DNA of 63,836 nucleotides, filler included, from Octopus bimaculoides (Eukaryota): NCBI RefSeq assembly GCF_001194135.2. It is 4 parts of 4 records of this genome, joined end to end, with 100 filler letters (N's around TTAATTAATTAA, not from the genome) between each part and the next. Parts side by side here need not be neighbours in the genome. Positions count along the whole stretch, not along the records: positions 21,374 to 40,454 come from NC_068982.1; 3 more parts are not named here. One strand, written 5' to 3'. A program made the position numbers and the translations under genes. Below, in pieces: positions 24,817 to 38,566 of the stretch. Numbering within the stretch: the first letter of the stretch is position 1; each line of letters opens with the position of its first letter. The notes under the pieces were generated by a model that worked only from the letters and a program-made list of their open reading frames with translations, was not told where the DNA came from and made no database searches.

Positions 24817-25655
24817 CAGTGGTTTCCAACCATTTCACAGTGGTTCCCAACAGTAGTTCTCAACCCTTTTAGTTAAATGAGTTTTCCACGGGCACCTTTT
24901 AATATACTTATCCTTATGTATATATATATATANNNNNNNNNNNNNNNNNNNNNNNNNNNNNNNNNNNNNNNNNNNNNNNNNNNNNNNNNNNNNNNNNNNN
25001 NNNNNNNNNNNNNNNNNNNNNNNNNNNNNNNNNNNNNNNNNNNNNNNNNNNNNNNNNNNNNNNNNNNNNNNNNNNNNNNNNNNNNNNNNNNNNNNNNNNN
25101 NNNNNNNNNNNNNNNNNNNNNNNNNNNNNNNNNNNNNNNNNNNNNNNNNNNNNNNNNNNNNNNNNNNNNNNNNNNNNNNNNNNNNNNNNNNNNNNNNNNN
25201 NNNNNNNNNNNNNNNNNNNNNNNNNNNNNNNNNNNNNNNNNNNNNNNNNNNNNNNNNNNNNNNNNNNNNNNNNNNNNNNNNNNNNNNNNNNNNNNNNNNN
25301 NNNNNNNNNNNNNNNNNNNNNNNNNNNNNNNNNNNNNNNNNNNNNNNNNNNNNNNNNNNNNNNNNNNNNNNNNNNNNNNNNNNNNNNNNNNNNNNNNNNN
25401 NNNNNNNNNNNNNNNNNNNNNNNNNNNNNNNNNNNNNNNNNNNNNNNNNNNNNNNNNNNNNNNNNNNNNNNNNNNNNNNNNNNNNNNNNNNNNTTAAATT
25501 CTTCAATATACTCAAATACCCAAAATTTCAAGGAGTTCCTGCCTTAAAAACAGGAGCTAACCACAGTTATTTTGTGTTCTTTGCTACATTGGTTTCTATT
25601 AACCCATTTATTCTATCAGAAGAATTTTTATTCATTAAGATAGAAGAAATACACA

Positions 25656-25694
<39 letters not shown>

Positions 25695-26089
25695 TCAAAA
25701 TAAGCAACTGCATATCAAGAAGTGATGCAGTACGACTGTTTCAAGCGATCCATCTGATTAGAATTCTATTTATTTGTGCAGCTGATGATAGTTCTGCATT
25801 TAAATTGATGCAATAATTGCATTGTTCAGTTAAATGGTGCCGTTTGAAACGGTCGTGCTGCATCACTCCTTGATATCCTGTTGCTTATTTTGATTTTAAC
25901 CACCTTACTTAGAACTCTGCAAGTAATACCGGACTGACTTGGTGCTTCAACTTAAGTACCTAATTCAACTGAATCTCAATTATTTCTATATCTAAATATA
26001 TATATATATATATGAAGTTAGTTTACGGAACCCCAGTCCTACCTTTGCAGAAACCCAGGGGTCCGCGGATCCCAGGTTGGGAACCACTG
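24817..26089. mobile_element. hAT/Charlie-like non-autonomous element (TIR CAGTGGTTCCCAAC), gap inside
   Basis: Left cagtggtttccaacc (24817), right ggttgggaaccactg (ends 26089). Flanking 8-mers ccctatac and ttttatac match at 5 of 8 positions. Confidence 0.6.
25693..25895. mobile_element. MITE-like element with inverted repeats of about 52 bp
   Basis: aatcaaaataagcaactgcatatcaagaagtgatgcagtacgactgtttcaa pairs with ttgaaacggtcgtgctgcatcactccttgatatcctgttgcttattttgatt. Confidence 0.8.
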
Positions 26090-28654
26090 TTTTATACTCA
26101 CCAAAGTTCTTTGTGTGCATAAAATACCATGTAAGTCCTGTATTAAAATTAGTGAACAGAAAGTCTGTAGGAATGTCGCCTGAATCTGTCTGACCATCTG
26201 AAATTTATCGGAACAGAAGAGTTACCAAACTTCCACATAATCGAAATGACTCGTATTCTTGTCTAACACTATTATTGATTTACCACCTGGTTCATGAAAG
26301 ATAACCATTTCTTCGACATCTGGGATTTCGGAAGCAACACTGAGAAATTCGTAGTGAATCAGATGTATTTATGTGGGTGTATGTATATGAATGTGCATGC
26401 ATACGTGTGCGCGTGCATGTGTATGTTTGTGTTTGTGAATCAGAGATACTTGGGTCCCAGTTTTAGCTAGTTGACTGCATTTCTCATCTAACTCCAGCAG
26501 TTCACAATTGTTGTGTAAAATCCGAAACCCAAGGAGGCCACTGACTGGATGTGTTGGTTACAGTTAGTCAATTTGAAATCTCATTGGAGAGATCTATGCG
26601 TTCCATTGGCTTGAGAAGAAAACGATCTGTTTCAAGTTTTGGCCTTCCTATGCAAATGAGAAATTAAAGAAAACTTGATGTTGTCGCTTGGACATATCAA
26701 AAATTAAGTAATGTATGTCAAGAATCAAGAAAAATATAACCATTTCTGCTAGTGAATAGAATCTTGTCACTATATTAAGGTTGCTTCCTTTATTAGTTCA
26801 ACAGGAATGTAATTGGTGCATTGAACTCAGAATTATATTGAAATGGCGCAGCAGGCTAACCAGGTTTTGCCAAATTACCTTTTCCTAGATACGAGTTATA
26901 AGACGGTATGTTCTTACATAATGTAACCTAAGGAATTGAACAACTTCGATTAACTGAGATTATATATGTAATTAATATAGAGAAATCCTCGGTGGGGTGG
27001 GGAGCTTCAAATCTAACAACAGCAAGCGAGCGAGTTAGCATCGATAAAAGGACTTCATTNNNNNNNNNNNNNNNNNNNNNNNNNNNNNNNNNNNNNNNNN
27101 NNNNNNNNNNNNNNNNNNNNNNNNNNNNNNNNNNNNNNNNNNNNNNNNNNNNNNNNNNNNNNNNNNNNNNNNNNNNNNNNNNNNNNNNNNNNNNNNNNNN
27201 NNNNNNNNNNNNNNNNNNNNNNNNNNNNNNNNNNNNNNNNNNNNNNNNNNNNNNNNNNNNNNNNNNNNNNNNNNNNNNNNNNNNNNNNNNNNGCGTGCGT
27301 GTGCTATGAATATCAACAATATGGCCGAGCGGAAAATATCTTAAGGGTGTGCTTTTATATTAAATACAAGACTGTATTTAACATACTACAGTAGGGTCTC
27401 ACGTGAGTTATCCCATAAGTTTGAAATACTTTGACTTTGATTATCCATGCAATTAGTAGAAACACCTCCTTCAAAAGTATTTTAAATGTTTAGGAAATAT
27501 AGAAAATGCAATGTGCAAGTGGATATCGTGTCCAGCCCAGTAACGAAGGCAACGTGTACGTTTCAGTCTTATTACATCTCTCCAGCGGAACATATTCTAT
27601 TCAGTAGGAAAGACTATGTGTAATTATTATACACAATAATGAAGAAAACGTTGGGAAGTGGATTATCTGTGGAATAATATGATTTGCTGTCTGTAGTGCG
27701 CTACAGTATTGACGTCAAAAAGACAAATTCGACCGTTTCCTTCATATCTCTGCCATAGGCCGTCAGCTGGTAGTGACGTCACATAGAGTGCTATTTGAGA
27801 CTAGCAAATTAGCATGTCTTTCTCCAACGAATGGAGGAAGATTAACTGTTAGTGGCGTCAAACACAGAGCTTGCAAACGAATCGGATTTATCAAAAATTG
27901 AGGAGTGAGGTTAAAATATTGCTTTCGTATTAATTGTCGCCAATGGGGATGTTCCTGGACAAAAGTTTTGCACCCTCTTTCCTTCTCTCCCTGTATCTGT
28001 CTCTGTCTGTAAGTTTGTGTCACGCCTCTGTCTGTCTCTTCATATCTGTCTGTCTGTCTGTCTCTCTCCCCCTTTCTCTCTCTCACTCTCTCTCACTCTC
28101 TCTCTCTGTATCAAACATATGCGTGCTAGCGCACAGATACATGCACACATACACATACACACACCCGCACGTACACATAAACATAAAATTAACTAAGTAT
28201 AAATGACATTTATGTATTTGTCTGTGTGTATGTGTGCGTGTATACAAACTCTCTGTATCTCTCACCCCCCTCTCTCTCTCTTTCAAACGCAAACATATTT
28301 AAAAAGGAGACATCTTTATTAAGATATGAAAGTAAAAGTAGAACGTTCCTAGCTAGTGCTCCCTTACTTATAGGTTTACTTTATCAAGGTTGATCCATTG
28401 CTAAACAACACTACCTCTAAGATCAACAACAAATATCCAATCACACATCTTATGATTCAATGATAGATTCTCGATATGCAAGAAATAGAAGTTAAATCCT
28501 TCTTAAACTATACCTTACTCCAACTCTACTAACAAGAAACCGGTATGTAACAAGGGCGTCTCAAAGTAGTCAGTCATTCTGCTAGAAATAGTAGTCAAAT
28601 ATCCTTGAAATTGATGTGTAAAATGGTTCACATTTCGGGGAAGGTGAGTCAAAC

Positions 28655-28800
28655 GCATTGACCACAAGTATTTGACTAGCACCTAATTATTTTTTGGTAC
28701 ACGGAAAGATGAAGAGAAAAGTTGACTTCGGCGCTATTCGAACTCAAACAATAAAGGGTGGAAGTACATAACACTTCATCCAACCCTGCCGCGAATCTAA
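28655..28800 (-). mobile_element. SINE family A, degenerate
   Basis: gaaagatgaagagaaaagttgacttcggcgctattcgaactc resembles the reverse complement of gagttcaaattccgccgaggtcgactttgcctttcatc. Confidence 0.55.
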
Positions 28801-29360
28801 CAATTCGAAATCATACTTCACCTACTAATTACACCCAATAGTCTTAAAGATTTAAGGTTCATTGCACATAAGAAAACGCCGGGATGGTCACCGCTGATTT
28901 GCCTCCTATCATAGATCTGTTCTATCAGCGCTGATCTCGACCTAAAACTCAAAACAAGTGCAACCATTAACAATATGTCTAGCAACGACACACATACAAT
29001 TTCTTTCTATTTCCATATGAGCAAACTCTTACGCTCCGACGCAATCAAGCATTCTCAACCACAAACATTGTAATTTAAAGGAGGATCTCNNNNNNNNNNN
29101 NNNNNNNNNNNNNNNNNNNNNNNNNNNNNNNNNNNNNNNNNNNNNNNNNNNNNNNNNNNNNNNNNNNNNNNNNNNNNNNNNNNNNNNNNNNNNNNNNNNN
29201 NNNNNNNNNNNNNNNNNNNNNNNNNNNNNNNNNNNNNNNNNNNNNNNNNNNNNNNNNNNNNNNNNNNNNNNNNNNNNNNNNNNNNNNNNNNNNNNNNNNN
29301 NNNNNNNNNNNNNNNNNNNNNNNNNNNNNNNNNNNNNNNNNNNNNNNNNNNNNNNNNNNN

Positions 29361-29394
<34 letters not shown>

Positions 29395-29904
29395 GCAAAA
29401 ATAGCTGGATGACATTATACAGGGGTTATTGGAGTAGATGTCGAAAGCAGCGCCATTATGAGCAACTTTCAAATGTTGATAAAGAGTAGGATTGCCCTTA
29501 GGGTCTTGTCATTGTGCAAGGGTACATATGGAATGGAGAAGTGCGTGGGTGCGCGTATTAGCATGGGTGTGTTTGTATGCATGCGCATGTGTGCGTTGGC
29601 GTATGTATGTATGTACGTATGTATGCATGTATGTATGTATGTATGTATGTTTGTGTGTGTGTCTGCGAGCGTGGGTGGGTCTATGTATATGTTTGTGTAT
29701 GCTTCCGCGTGTGTATGTGTGTGTGTGTGTGTGTGTGTATGTTCTTATGAGAATAACTATCAATTAAGGCGCATGAAGTTCGTACGTTACCATATCGTGT
29801 AATTGCCTGTAACTCTGTACACACATGCACACACACACCCACACCCATACACACACACACACACGTATGATTATGCGTGTGTGTATAAATATATATGTAT
29901 GCAT

Positions 29905-29928
29905 GTATGTATACCTACGTATGTATGT

Positions 29929-29966
<38 letters not shown>

Positions 29967-29983
29967 TTCTCTTTCTCCTTGTC

Positions 29984-30030
<47 letters not shown>

Positions 30031-30158
30031 CTCTCCCTCTCCGTTTATATACATATCTATCTACTTCTTTCCCTCTCTCCCTCCCTCCCTCTCTCTCTCT
30101 CTACCTCTAGTTATCTATTTATCCATCCATCTACCTACCTACCTACCTACCTACCTAC

Positions 30159-30227
<69 letters not shown>

Positions 30228-30260
30228 AGTCTCTCTCTCTCTCTGTCTCTCTGTCTAACG
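29905..30260. repeat. Compound tetranucleotide microsatellite (ATCA, TCTG, CTAC, CTAT)
   Basis: Consecutive pure tetramer runs. Confidence 0.9.
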
Positions 30261-31083
30261 AGGAATCTGTATGTGTAAACGATACAATACGTGTTTGTGT
30301 ATGTTTTTGTGCGCATGCGTGCGCTTGCGTGTTTGTATGTAGTTACTAACATATGCGTATGTATATGTGTTGATATAGTATGCATGTCTGTTCATCGTGT
30401 GATGTCTGTGTACGGGATACATTTATGTCTCCGTGTGTGTGCAATCAAGACTAGTGTCTGTGTTCGTTTGCTTCTGATTACGTGTGTGAGTTAATGTTCG
30501 TATTTATGCGAGTTTGAGAAAGTTTGTGATGTGTGCATGGGTGCATGTGCACTGGTTTCCTGGAAAGACGTAGAAGGAAAGATAGGCAAAAGAAAGGCAA
30601 AAGAAAGAAGAAGATAGACAGAAGTAGCGGGAGCGGTGGGAAATGTATAAAACAAAAAGGACAGCGATAAGGAGAAAGGGAGCAAGACAGAAATGAAGAG
30701 TGAAACTAAAATACTGTATAATATAAAGAAATGCCGAGAAATGAGAGGAGCAAAGATCTATATAAAGGGAGAGAATGAGAGAGAGAAAGAAGGAGGGGAG
30801 AGAGAGAAGGGAGGGAGAGGGGAGAGAGAGGAGAGAGAGAGAGAGAGGGAAGAGAGAGAGAGAGAGCGGTCAGGACTGCAAAATACAAAATGTGGAAGAG
30901 AAGGCAGTTTCAATGAAAATAATACACACACATGCATACATACATATATACATACATGCATACATACATGCACACATGCATGCATGCATACATACATATA
31001 CATATATGTATGTATATATATACACACACATATTTATACATATAATCATATGTATAAGTCAATCTATCTATCTATCTACCTAC

Positions 31084-31158
<75 letters not shown>

Positions 31159-32381
31159 GATTGATAGATAGATAGATAGAGAGATAGAATGCTCGATTTA
31201 TAAGACGATGCTGAGAAAATGCTATGAAAAATACACAAACAGATAGGGAGTGATGGTTGCTACTTCCTGGCCGTGGTTGGGAAGCTATGACAAACGTTTT
31301 CTATGGAAATGGCTTAGAGCTACAGTTATTTGGACAGCTTCTATTTAGAATCTATAATAGCAAGTCACTGGTTAATCACAGCGATCGCGGCTATCGCGTT
31401 CCACTAACTAAAGAAAGGACAGACTGATAAAGGAGTCTTTTAAAAAGAGAATAGGCGGTAAATTTACGACGATCTGCTTACAATATATATATATAACATA
31501 AAAAATAAAAGTGCTGGAAGGAAATAAATGAGCAATAGTGCCACCATTTTAAGTTGTATGGAAATACTGTTGCGAATGCTTTTATTCAGACACACATTCG
31601 CTCGTTCCTTTCCGCTCATATCGTCAAAAGTACAGTAATGTTGGCAATATATACAAGAGAGAGAGGGGAGGGGGGAAGAAGGGCAGTGGATGTAATATGG
31701 TCAAGAAAGATATAGAGGTAAAGGATTTTGCTTGACATTTGAGCAGCGGTAATGATGGTGGAGGTGGTAGTGACGATGGAGGTGGGGAAGAAAATGTTAA
31801 TATTCATTTTGTCTTCCCAGCATTCTTATGTAGCGAGAGTCGTTGAATAGCGAACGAATGGAACGTGGGGCGTCATACGAATAGATAGGATCTGCATTTA
31901 TTTTATTGAGCACTTAGTATCTGTTTTGAACACTACTTATGCTTGTGTGTGTCTGTGTCTGTGTGTGTATTTGGAAGGCCTGAGTAATTCGTAAGTATTT
32001 ATAATTATTTGGTGAGTACTCTCACGCAATAATACTTCACTAAAACAAATTGAAATCTTGTATAGATTGTTTCCACACAGATAACACTCCTATGTATTTG
32101 AGAATTTTGTTTTATCGGAATTTACTCTCTCGAAGATGATATTTGTCCGGTTGGCTGTAAATGCTATTACTTGGATACATCCCGATCACTTTTATATCTC
32201 AAGCCGTGTCACCGACTTCCCTAAGTTCGTCGGTGATAGAGTATAATGTCTTTCCAGTGTACCAACGAAGTACCATCGAATTTAAATCAAACTATTTTGA
32301 TCCATACATGTAACTTCCAATAAATATGTTGAATGTCCTTCCTCCGATTGTTCACTCATTCGTATACACACACACGCACAC

Positions 32382-32412
<31 letters not shown>

Positions 32413-33006
32413 TATATANNNNNNNNNNNNNNNNNNNNNNNNNNNNNNNNNNNNNNNNNNNNNNNNNNNNNNNNNNNNNNNNNNNNNNNNNNNNNNNNNN
32501 NNNNNNNNNNNNNNNNNNNNNNNNNNNNNNNNNNNNNNNNNNNNNNNNNNNNNNNNNNNNNNNNNNNNNNNNNNNNNNNNNNNNNNNNNNNNNNNNNNNN
32601 NNNNNNNNNNNNNNNNNNNNNNNNNNNNNNNNNNNNNNNNNNNNNNNNNNNNNNNNNNNNNNNNNNNNNNNNNNNNNNNNNNNNNNNNNNNNNNNNNNNN
32701 NNNNNNNNNNNNNNNNNNNNNNNNNNNNNNNNNNNNNNNNNNNNNNNNNNNNNNNNNNNNNNNNNNNNNNNNNNNNNNNNNNNNNNNNNNNNNNNNNNNN
32801 NNNNNNNNNNNNNNNNNNNNNNNNNNNNNNNNNNNNNNNNNNNNNNNNNNNNTTATGTATATTAATTACGTAATGATAGAAATGATTGATTTTACTCTAT
32901 TGAAACAGCTGTAGAGAAAAATTGAAATAGGAATCAGAGTGTGAAGTGTATCCTTCTGATTTTCTATGCTCTGTATCTGTTGCTTAAATAACCAACTCTG
33001 CATATA

Positions 33007-34273
33007 TTGGGTTGGCAACTAAGTTCCCGCTGTTTTTATAATTTGAAATTTTTTAAAAGCTTTGATAGAAAATAACAACTAATTAATTAATAATGCATTC
33101 ACCCTTGTTGTTTACAACTTCTTCCCAGCATTCAACAAGATTTTCAATACATCGCTGGTAGAAATCACCCGATTTCGACTCGAAAAATTGATCCAACCAA
33201 GTGCTCAATTCTGCATCAGTATTGAACGAAACTCCGCGCACAGCATTTGAAAGAGATCGAAAGAGGTGGAAATCCGTTGCTGCCACTTCCCAGCCATGCG
33301 TTTCAATGGCTTCCATGGTCATATTGGCGATGTGAGGGCGGGCGTCGTCGTGCAGCAGAACTCCATGCTGACGATTAGGTCTTTTCTCTTGAATAGCCGT
33401 GTTGAGTCGTTCCATCTTTTGAACGTAGAATTCCGCGTTGACCGTTTGGTTCCGTTCAAGCAATTCGTAATGGATAATCCCTTCCCAGTCCCACCATACG
33501 CACAACATCGTTTTACGTGGATGAAGATCTTGTTTCACGCGCGGTGTCGTTTGTTTACCGGGGCTAAGCCATTCCTTGCGTTTCTTCATATTGATGTACA
33601 GGCAACACTTTTCGTCGCCAGTAACGATTCGGTAAAGAAATCGTTGCTTGTGTCCATGAGTTGAGCGGTGACGAGCAAGGAAACCAGCGGAGATTGTGGC
33701 GCGTTGATTTTTGTTGTTGTCACTTAAACATGCTGAACCCATGCTCCATGCTTCTGAACCTTTCCCATCAAGTGAAGATGCTTTTCTATAGCAGTGTAGG
33801 ACCATTCCATTTTCTCTGCCAGTTCCCTTGTCGTTTGTCGAGAATTTTCGTGCAAAAGTTGGTTTAATCGCTCTTCATTGAACTCAACTGGACGGCCAGA
33901 ACGAGGTACGTCTTTGAGGTCAAAATTTCCATTTTTCAACTTGGCATACCAAACACGAGTGGTTCTTTCAGCTATGGCATCCTCTCCACACACAACAGAA
34001 ATGTCGCGAGCAGCTTTTGTGGCCTTAGAACTGTGATTAAAAGCAAAAAGAAGGAGGTATCGAAAATGCTCGTTTTTCTTAACTTGACATTCCATTTTAA
34101 TGATCTGAAAATAATAAAAATTAACTAAAATTAACTAGAAAAAAAAATACAAAACAAAATAGATTCCAAAATGATTCAAAAATAGAATTTTCGAAAAAAA
34201 TAGATTCCAAAATTCAAAAACACAGTAAATTCCAAAATTTAAAAGAACGGCGGGGACTTAGTTGCCAACCCAA
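33007..34273 (-). mobile_element. Near full-length (1267 bp) mariner, mellifera-like, inactivated transposase
   Basis: TIRs ttgggttggcaactaagttcccgc and gcggggacttagttgccaacccaa. ORFs 33724-34095 (HTH, RSGRP) and 33083-33805 (IVTGDEK, VWWD, HDDARPH, ATDFHLF). One frameshift and loss of the LPHPPYSPDL segment. Confidence 0.95.
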
Positions 34274-36780
34274 TGCAATCAAGTTTATTCCACCAATATT
34301 TATTGCATTGCAATAACGTCTCGGATTTTAATAATGTGTTATTGACTGAGCTGTAAAAAGTCATGGATATATTTTAGTATATCTGTACATTAGTTCAGGA
34401 TACATACTAACACTAGCACACACAGACACACGCGCACACATATCTGCACATAACAGAAGCACTAAACCGTGATGTGTATAAATAAAAACTTGTAACCAGT
34501 TCAAGTATGAGCCCGTATGAAAGCAATTCCCTGTATTTTGTCAAGAAGAAAATTTCATGTTGTAAACAAACAAATAAGTGTAAACGCATCAAATCAGTTC
34601 CATGCGTTCTGTAACCAGATTCATAGAGGCATGCATTTCAGAGCGGCATTGCATATTTCGTATTTACTGTTTGTAAGTAGTGTAGTCAAACTTAAAGTAA
34701 GATTTATAAGGACATAGTGTTGAAGCACCATAGTTAGAGATAGTGTGATTAATAACGACGCTAATAGTTGGTATCATCAATCTAATATCGATGATGGTGA
34801 TGATGAAAATGTTGATCATCATCATCAACAACCAGTACAATATTATTATCATCATCCGTATCAACGTCATCATCATTAATTTTATCAGTATCTTCCTTTC
34901 CTCCTACAACATCATCAAAAGCAAAGTTTTTTTTATTTTTATATACATTATTAGCACTAACAACATTTCATACCACAGTCAATATTATCAACATAATTAA
35001 CAGCAATAACAACAACATGAAACGCTACAATAATCACAGCAATCATTGGAAACACTCGCAATATAAACATATTTAGCAACGATTTGTAGTTTGTATACAT
35101 ATCGTTTAATGTTTATATACATTCGTACATAAATACATACACACACGTGTGCGCGCCTGAGAACATACACACATATAGAATGACTCAGAGAAACAGAGGG
35201 AATGATACAGAGGTAGATATACACATATCTATGCGTCGCATATCGATAGATATGGTTATGAATGAACGCACACAAACAGCCTTAACACATCTAGAGAAAC
35301 AAGCAATATACTCAAATACACACCACCACAAACAACTACGCATATATATATATATATATATATATNNNNNNNNNNNNNNNNNNNNNNNNNNNNNNNNNNN
35401 NNNNNNNNNNNNNNNNNNNNNNNNNNNNNNNNNNNNNNNNNNNNNNNNNNNNNNNNNNNNNNNNNNNNNNNNNNNNNNNNNNNNNNNNNNNNNNNNNNNN
35501 NNNNNNNNNNNNNNNNNNNNNNNNNNNNNNNNNNNNNNNNNNNNNNNNNNNNNNNNNNNNNNNNNNNNNNNNNNNNNNNNNNNNNNNNNNNNNNNNNNNN
35601 NNNNNNNNNNNNNNNNNNNNNNNNNNNNNNNNNNNNNNNNNNNNNNNNNNNNNNNNNNNNNNNNNNNNNNNNNNNNNNNNNNNNNNNNNNNNNNNNNNNN
35701 NNTATATATATATATGTATGTATGTATGTGTGTGTGTGTGTGTATTATGTATGCATGTGTGAGTGTGTTTGGTATCTGGAATTCCACTTCAAACGTATTT
35801 ATTATTTGTTTGTATCATACTTCATGTTTCCATTACTTATATACCTCTTTTTCTCTTTTTGAAAAATAGTTTCGTTTCCCCTCTCTCCTCCATCGTTCCT
35901 TCTTTTCTTCCTTCCTTTATTCTGCCTTTCCTTCTTTCCTTCACAGAAGACCACAGTAAGATTCATTAGGAAACAATGTTATTGCGAAACCGTTCTCGAA
36001 AGACATAGTTAGCATTTAACTCACACATCTCTTTGTCTTTCATGGTATCACCACGTATAGTTTGTTGCAGTGACTTCAGCCTGGCAAGATTGCAATTGCT
36101 GGCAACCTCTTTGTAATTAAAACCTGATTAATTAAGCGACTCCACCAATTAGTGGCCGCTCTATCCATAATTACCTGCTTGTCATCAGAATTTCATTGAT
36201 CCTCGTAACAAAACAAAACAAAGCAAAAAGCATAAATACATAAAAAACACAACTTCGTTTTAAGTGCCAATGTGTGAAAATGTAGTCTTTTAGTGTTTGA
36301 CATTGATTTCTTCGAGAAAGCCGTGATAGATCTGACCGGAAATTGCTATTAATTCTTTCTTTTCGTCTTTCCTTCTTTCTCTCATTTAATCTTTCTATCT
36401 TCCTTCCTTCTCTTCCTGTATTTTTTCGTCTCTTTCTCTGTTTCGTTTTTTTTTTCTTTCTGTCTTTTGCTCTTGTCTTTCTGTCCTCCTATTTGTCTTT
36501 CTTGGTTTGTTTCGTTTGATTTTTATTCCTCCATTTTATTTATTTATATTTTTTTTTACTACAATCTTCTTTATTTAACAAATTCATCCATTCATTCTTT
36601 CTCCCTTTATGCGATATGAGGTAAAGGTCGGATATGGATGACATTATCAGAATTTCATTCATGGAAAACTGTTTAATACTTTAGAAAACAACTTAAACGT
36701 ATTTATATGGTAAGTATTTCAATTCTCCATTTCAATTCTTTTTCTTCTCATGTCTACTATTCTGCGAATAGCTCTATTAT

Positions 36781-36876
<96 letters not shown>

Positions 36877-36881
36877 ACACA
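36781..36881. repeat. (CA)n microsatellite
   Basis: Near-pure CA run of about 50 units. Confidence 0.95.
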
Positions 36882-37110
36882 CAGAGGCAGACGCACGTAC
36901 GCAGGCATACACACTTCCATAAACGTATATAAGAATTCGCTAAATTCGAAACATCAATAGCTATGTAGGACAATGTAACCAGAAATAAACAAGCCATTCC
37001 GCATCTTTCTTTTTTAACGGCTAATGCATAGATATCCACACGCATTCATCGTTGTTGTTGTAAAGTTATATGAACGTTATGTATTTCACACCACCTGTAT
37101 AGGTTGTATA

Positions 37111-37363
37111 TAATAATATAAATACACCCTTTTAAAGCCTAGCCATGTTCATGGGCCCGGTTTCTCGGTTTCAATGTGTTCCCCGGCTGGACGGGACGCC
37201 AGTTCATCGCAGCGTTACTCATTTTTGCCAGCTGAGTGAACTGGAGCAACGTGAAATGAAGTGTTTTGCTCAAGAACGCAACGCATCGCCCGGTCTAGGA
37301 ATCGAAACCACAATCTTACGATCATGATGCTGACACCCTAACCACTAAACCACGCGCCTCCAC
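37111..37363 (-). mobile_element. Full-length tRNA-derived SINE (family C3) with 12-bp TSD
   Basis: TSD ATAGGTTGTATA at 37099-37110 and 37364-37375. Head and core are homologous to 4925-5064, but the tail differs (ctgcgatgaactggcgtcccgtccagcc, V-domain-like from memory). Confidence 0.9.
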
Positions 37364-37824
37364 ATAGGTTGTATAGTAGAGTCAATAGTTTGTACTTAAC
37401 AGTTGAACCTGTCTTTAGAACTGCAGGCAAGATGTGAGGATGGTGAATGGATTTCTCACGACGTTTTACTTCATACAACAATGAAAAATTGTGATAATCA
37501 GGCATTCGGCAAATTAAACTGGTCCACGAATTTCCCCTCTATCTACTGCAAACCCCGAATCTGGCTGCCTTCGTGTTCCACTGGTTCAGTCCAATGATGA
37601 AGAGATTCATGAGAAGATCTTATAAAACCTGCGAGTTTAAAGCGTCTATGAAGAAGTGTGTACAACAGAGAATGTTTGTATTTTTTCAAAGAGGATATAA
37701 TTGTTGGGTTCAACGATGGTTCAAATGCATCGCTTATGATTAAAAGCACGTTGAATATTAGAGTATGAGTTATTTTAACATGTGCAGTTTGAACGATATA
37801 TGTTAGTGAATAAAATTATAATCC

Positions 37825-37969
37825 AACTTTTGCATTGCTACCGTCATACATATTTTACAATTAAATTGTATTATGAATTTAAAAGGTAAAAATCTCTTTC
37901 GGACAAAATTGACATGAATTCATTTATATCCTACAGGATGGAGAGTTCCTTACAGACTGAAATAACAGC

Positions 37970-38012
<43 letters not shown>

Positions 38013-38520
38013 CATGTGTGTCTTTGGATTTCATTTTAAAAATAGCAGGAGGTTAAACTACAACCACAGTGGACAATAGCTAGTAGTAGTCCTGAAGAAC
38101 TAAATCATATTGCTATTCACCCTTAATGGAAATTAGGCTTCATTTTTTAAGAGGCTGGATACCACTCCTATCCCTTTTCAATTGCCAAAAGAACAAAAAT
38201 AACAAATGAAAAATATATATTATTAAATATCCAAATCAATATATTTAACTACTATTTATTTAAGATAATTTCAATTTTTATTACAGTTTAAAAAAAATAC
38301 TAAGCTGTATTTGTCTGATCTGTTGATAGTTTGGGTTATTATATATATTTAGTTAATGGTGAAAGTAAATTTCATTTTAAGATTTGTTTCTATGTTTACT
38401 TTGGTTTTATTATTCAAGGAGTGTTTATTCAAATATAATTTATTATTCAAAATTATATATANNNNNNNNNNNNNNNNNNNNNNNNNNNNNNNNNNNNNNN
38501 NNNNNNNNNNNNNNNNNNNN

Positions 38521-38566
<46 letters not shown>

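Noticed and set aside
32207-32238. tcaccgac/gtcggtga 8-bp hairpin
   Set aside because: A short stem with a 12-nt loop is expected by chance in 64 kb and has no supporting context.
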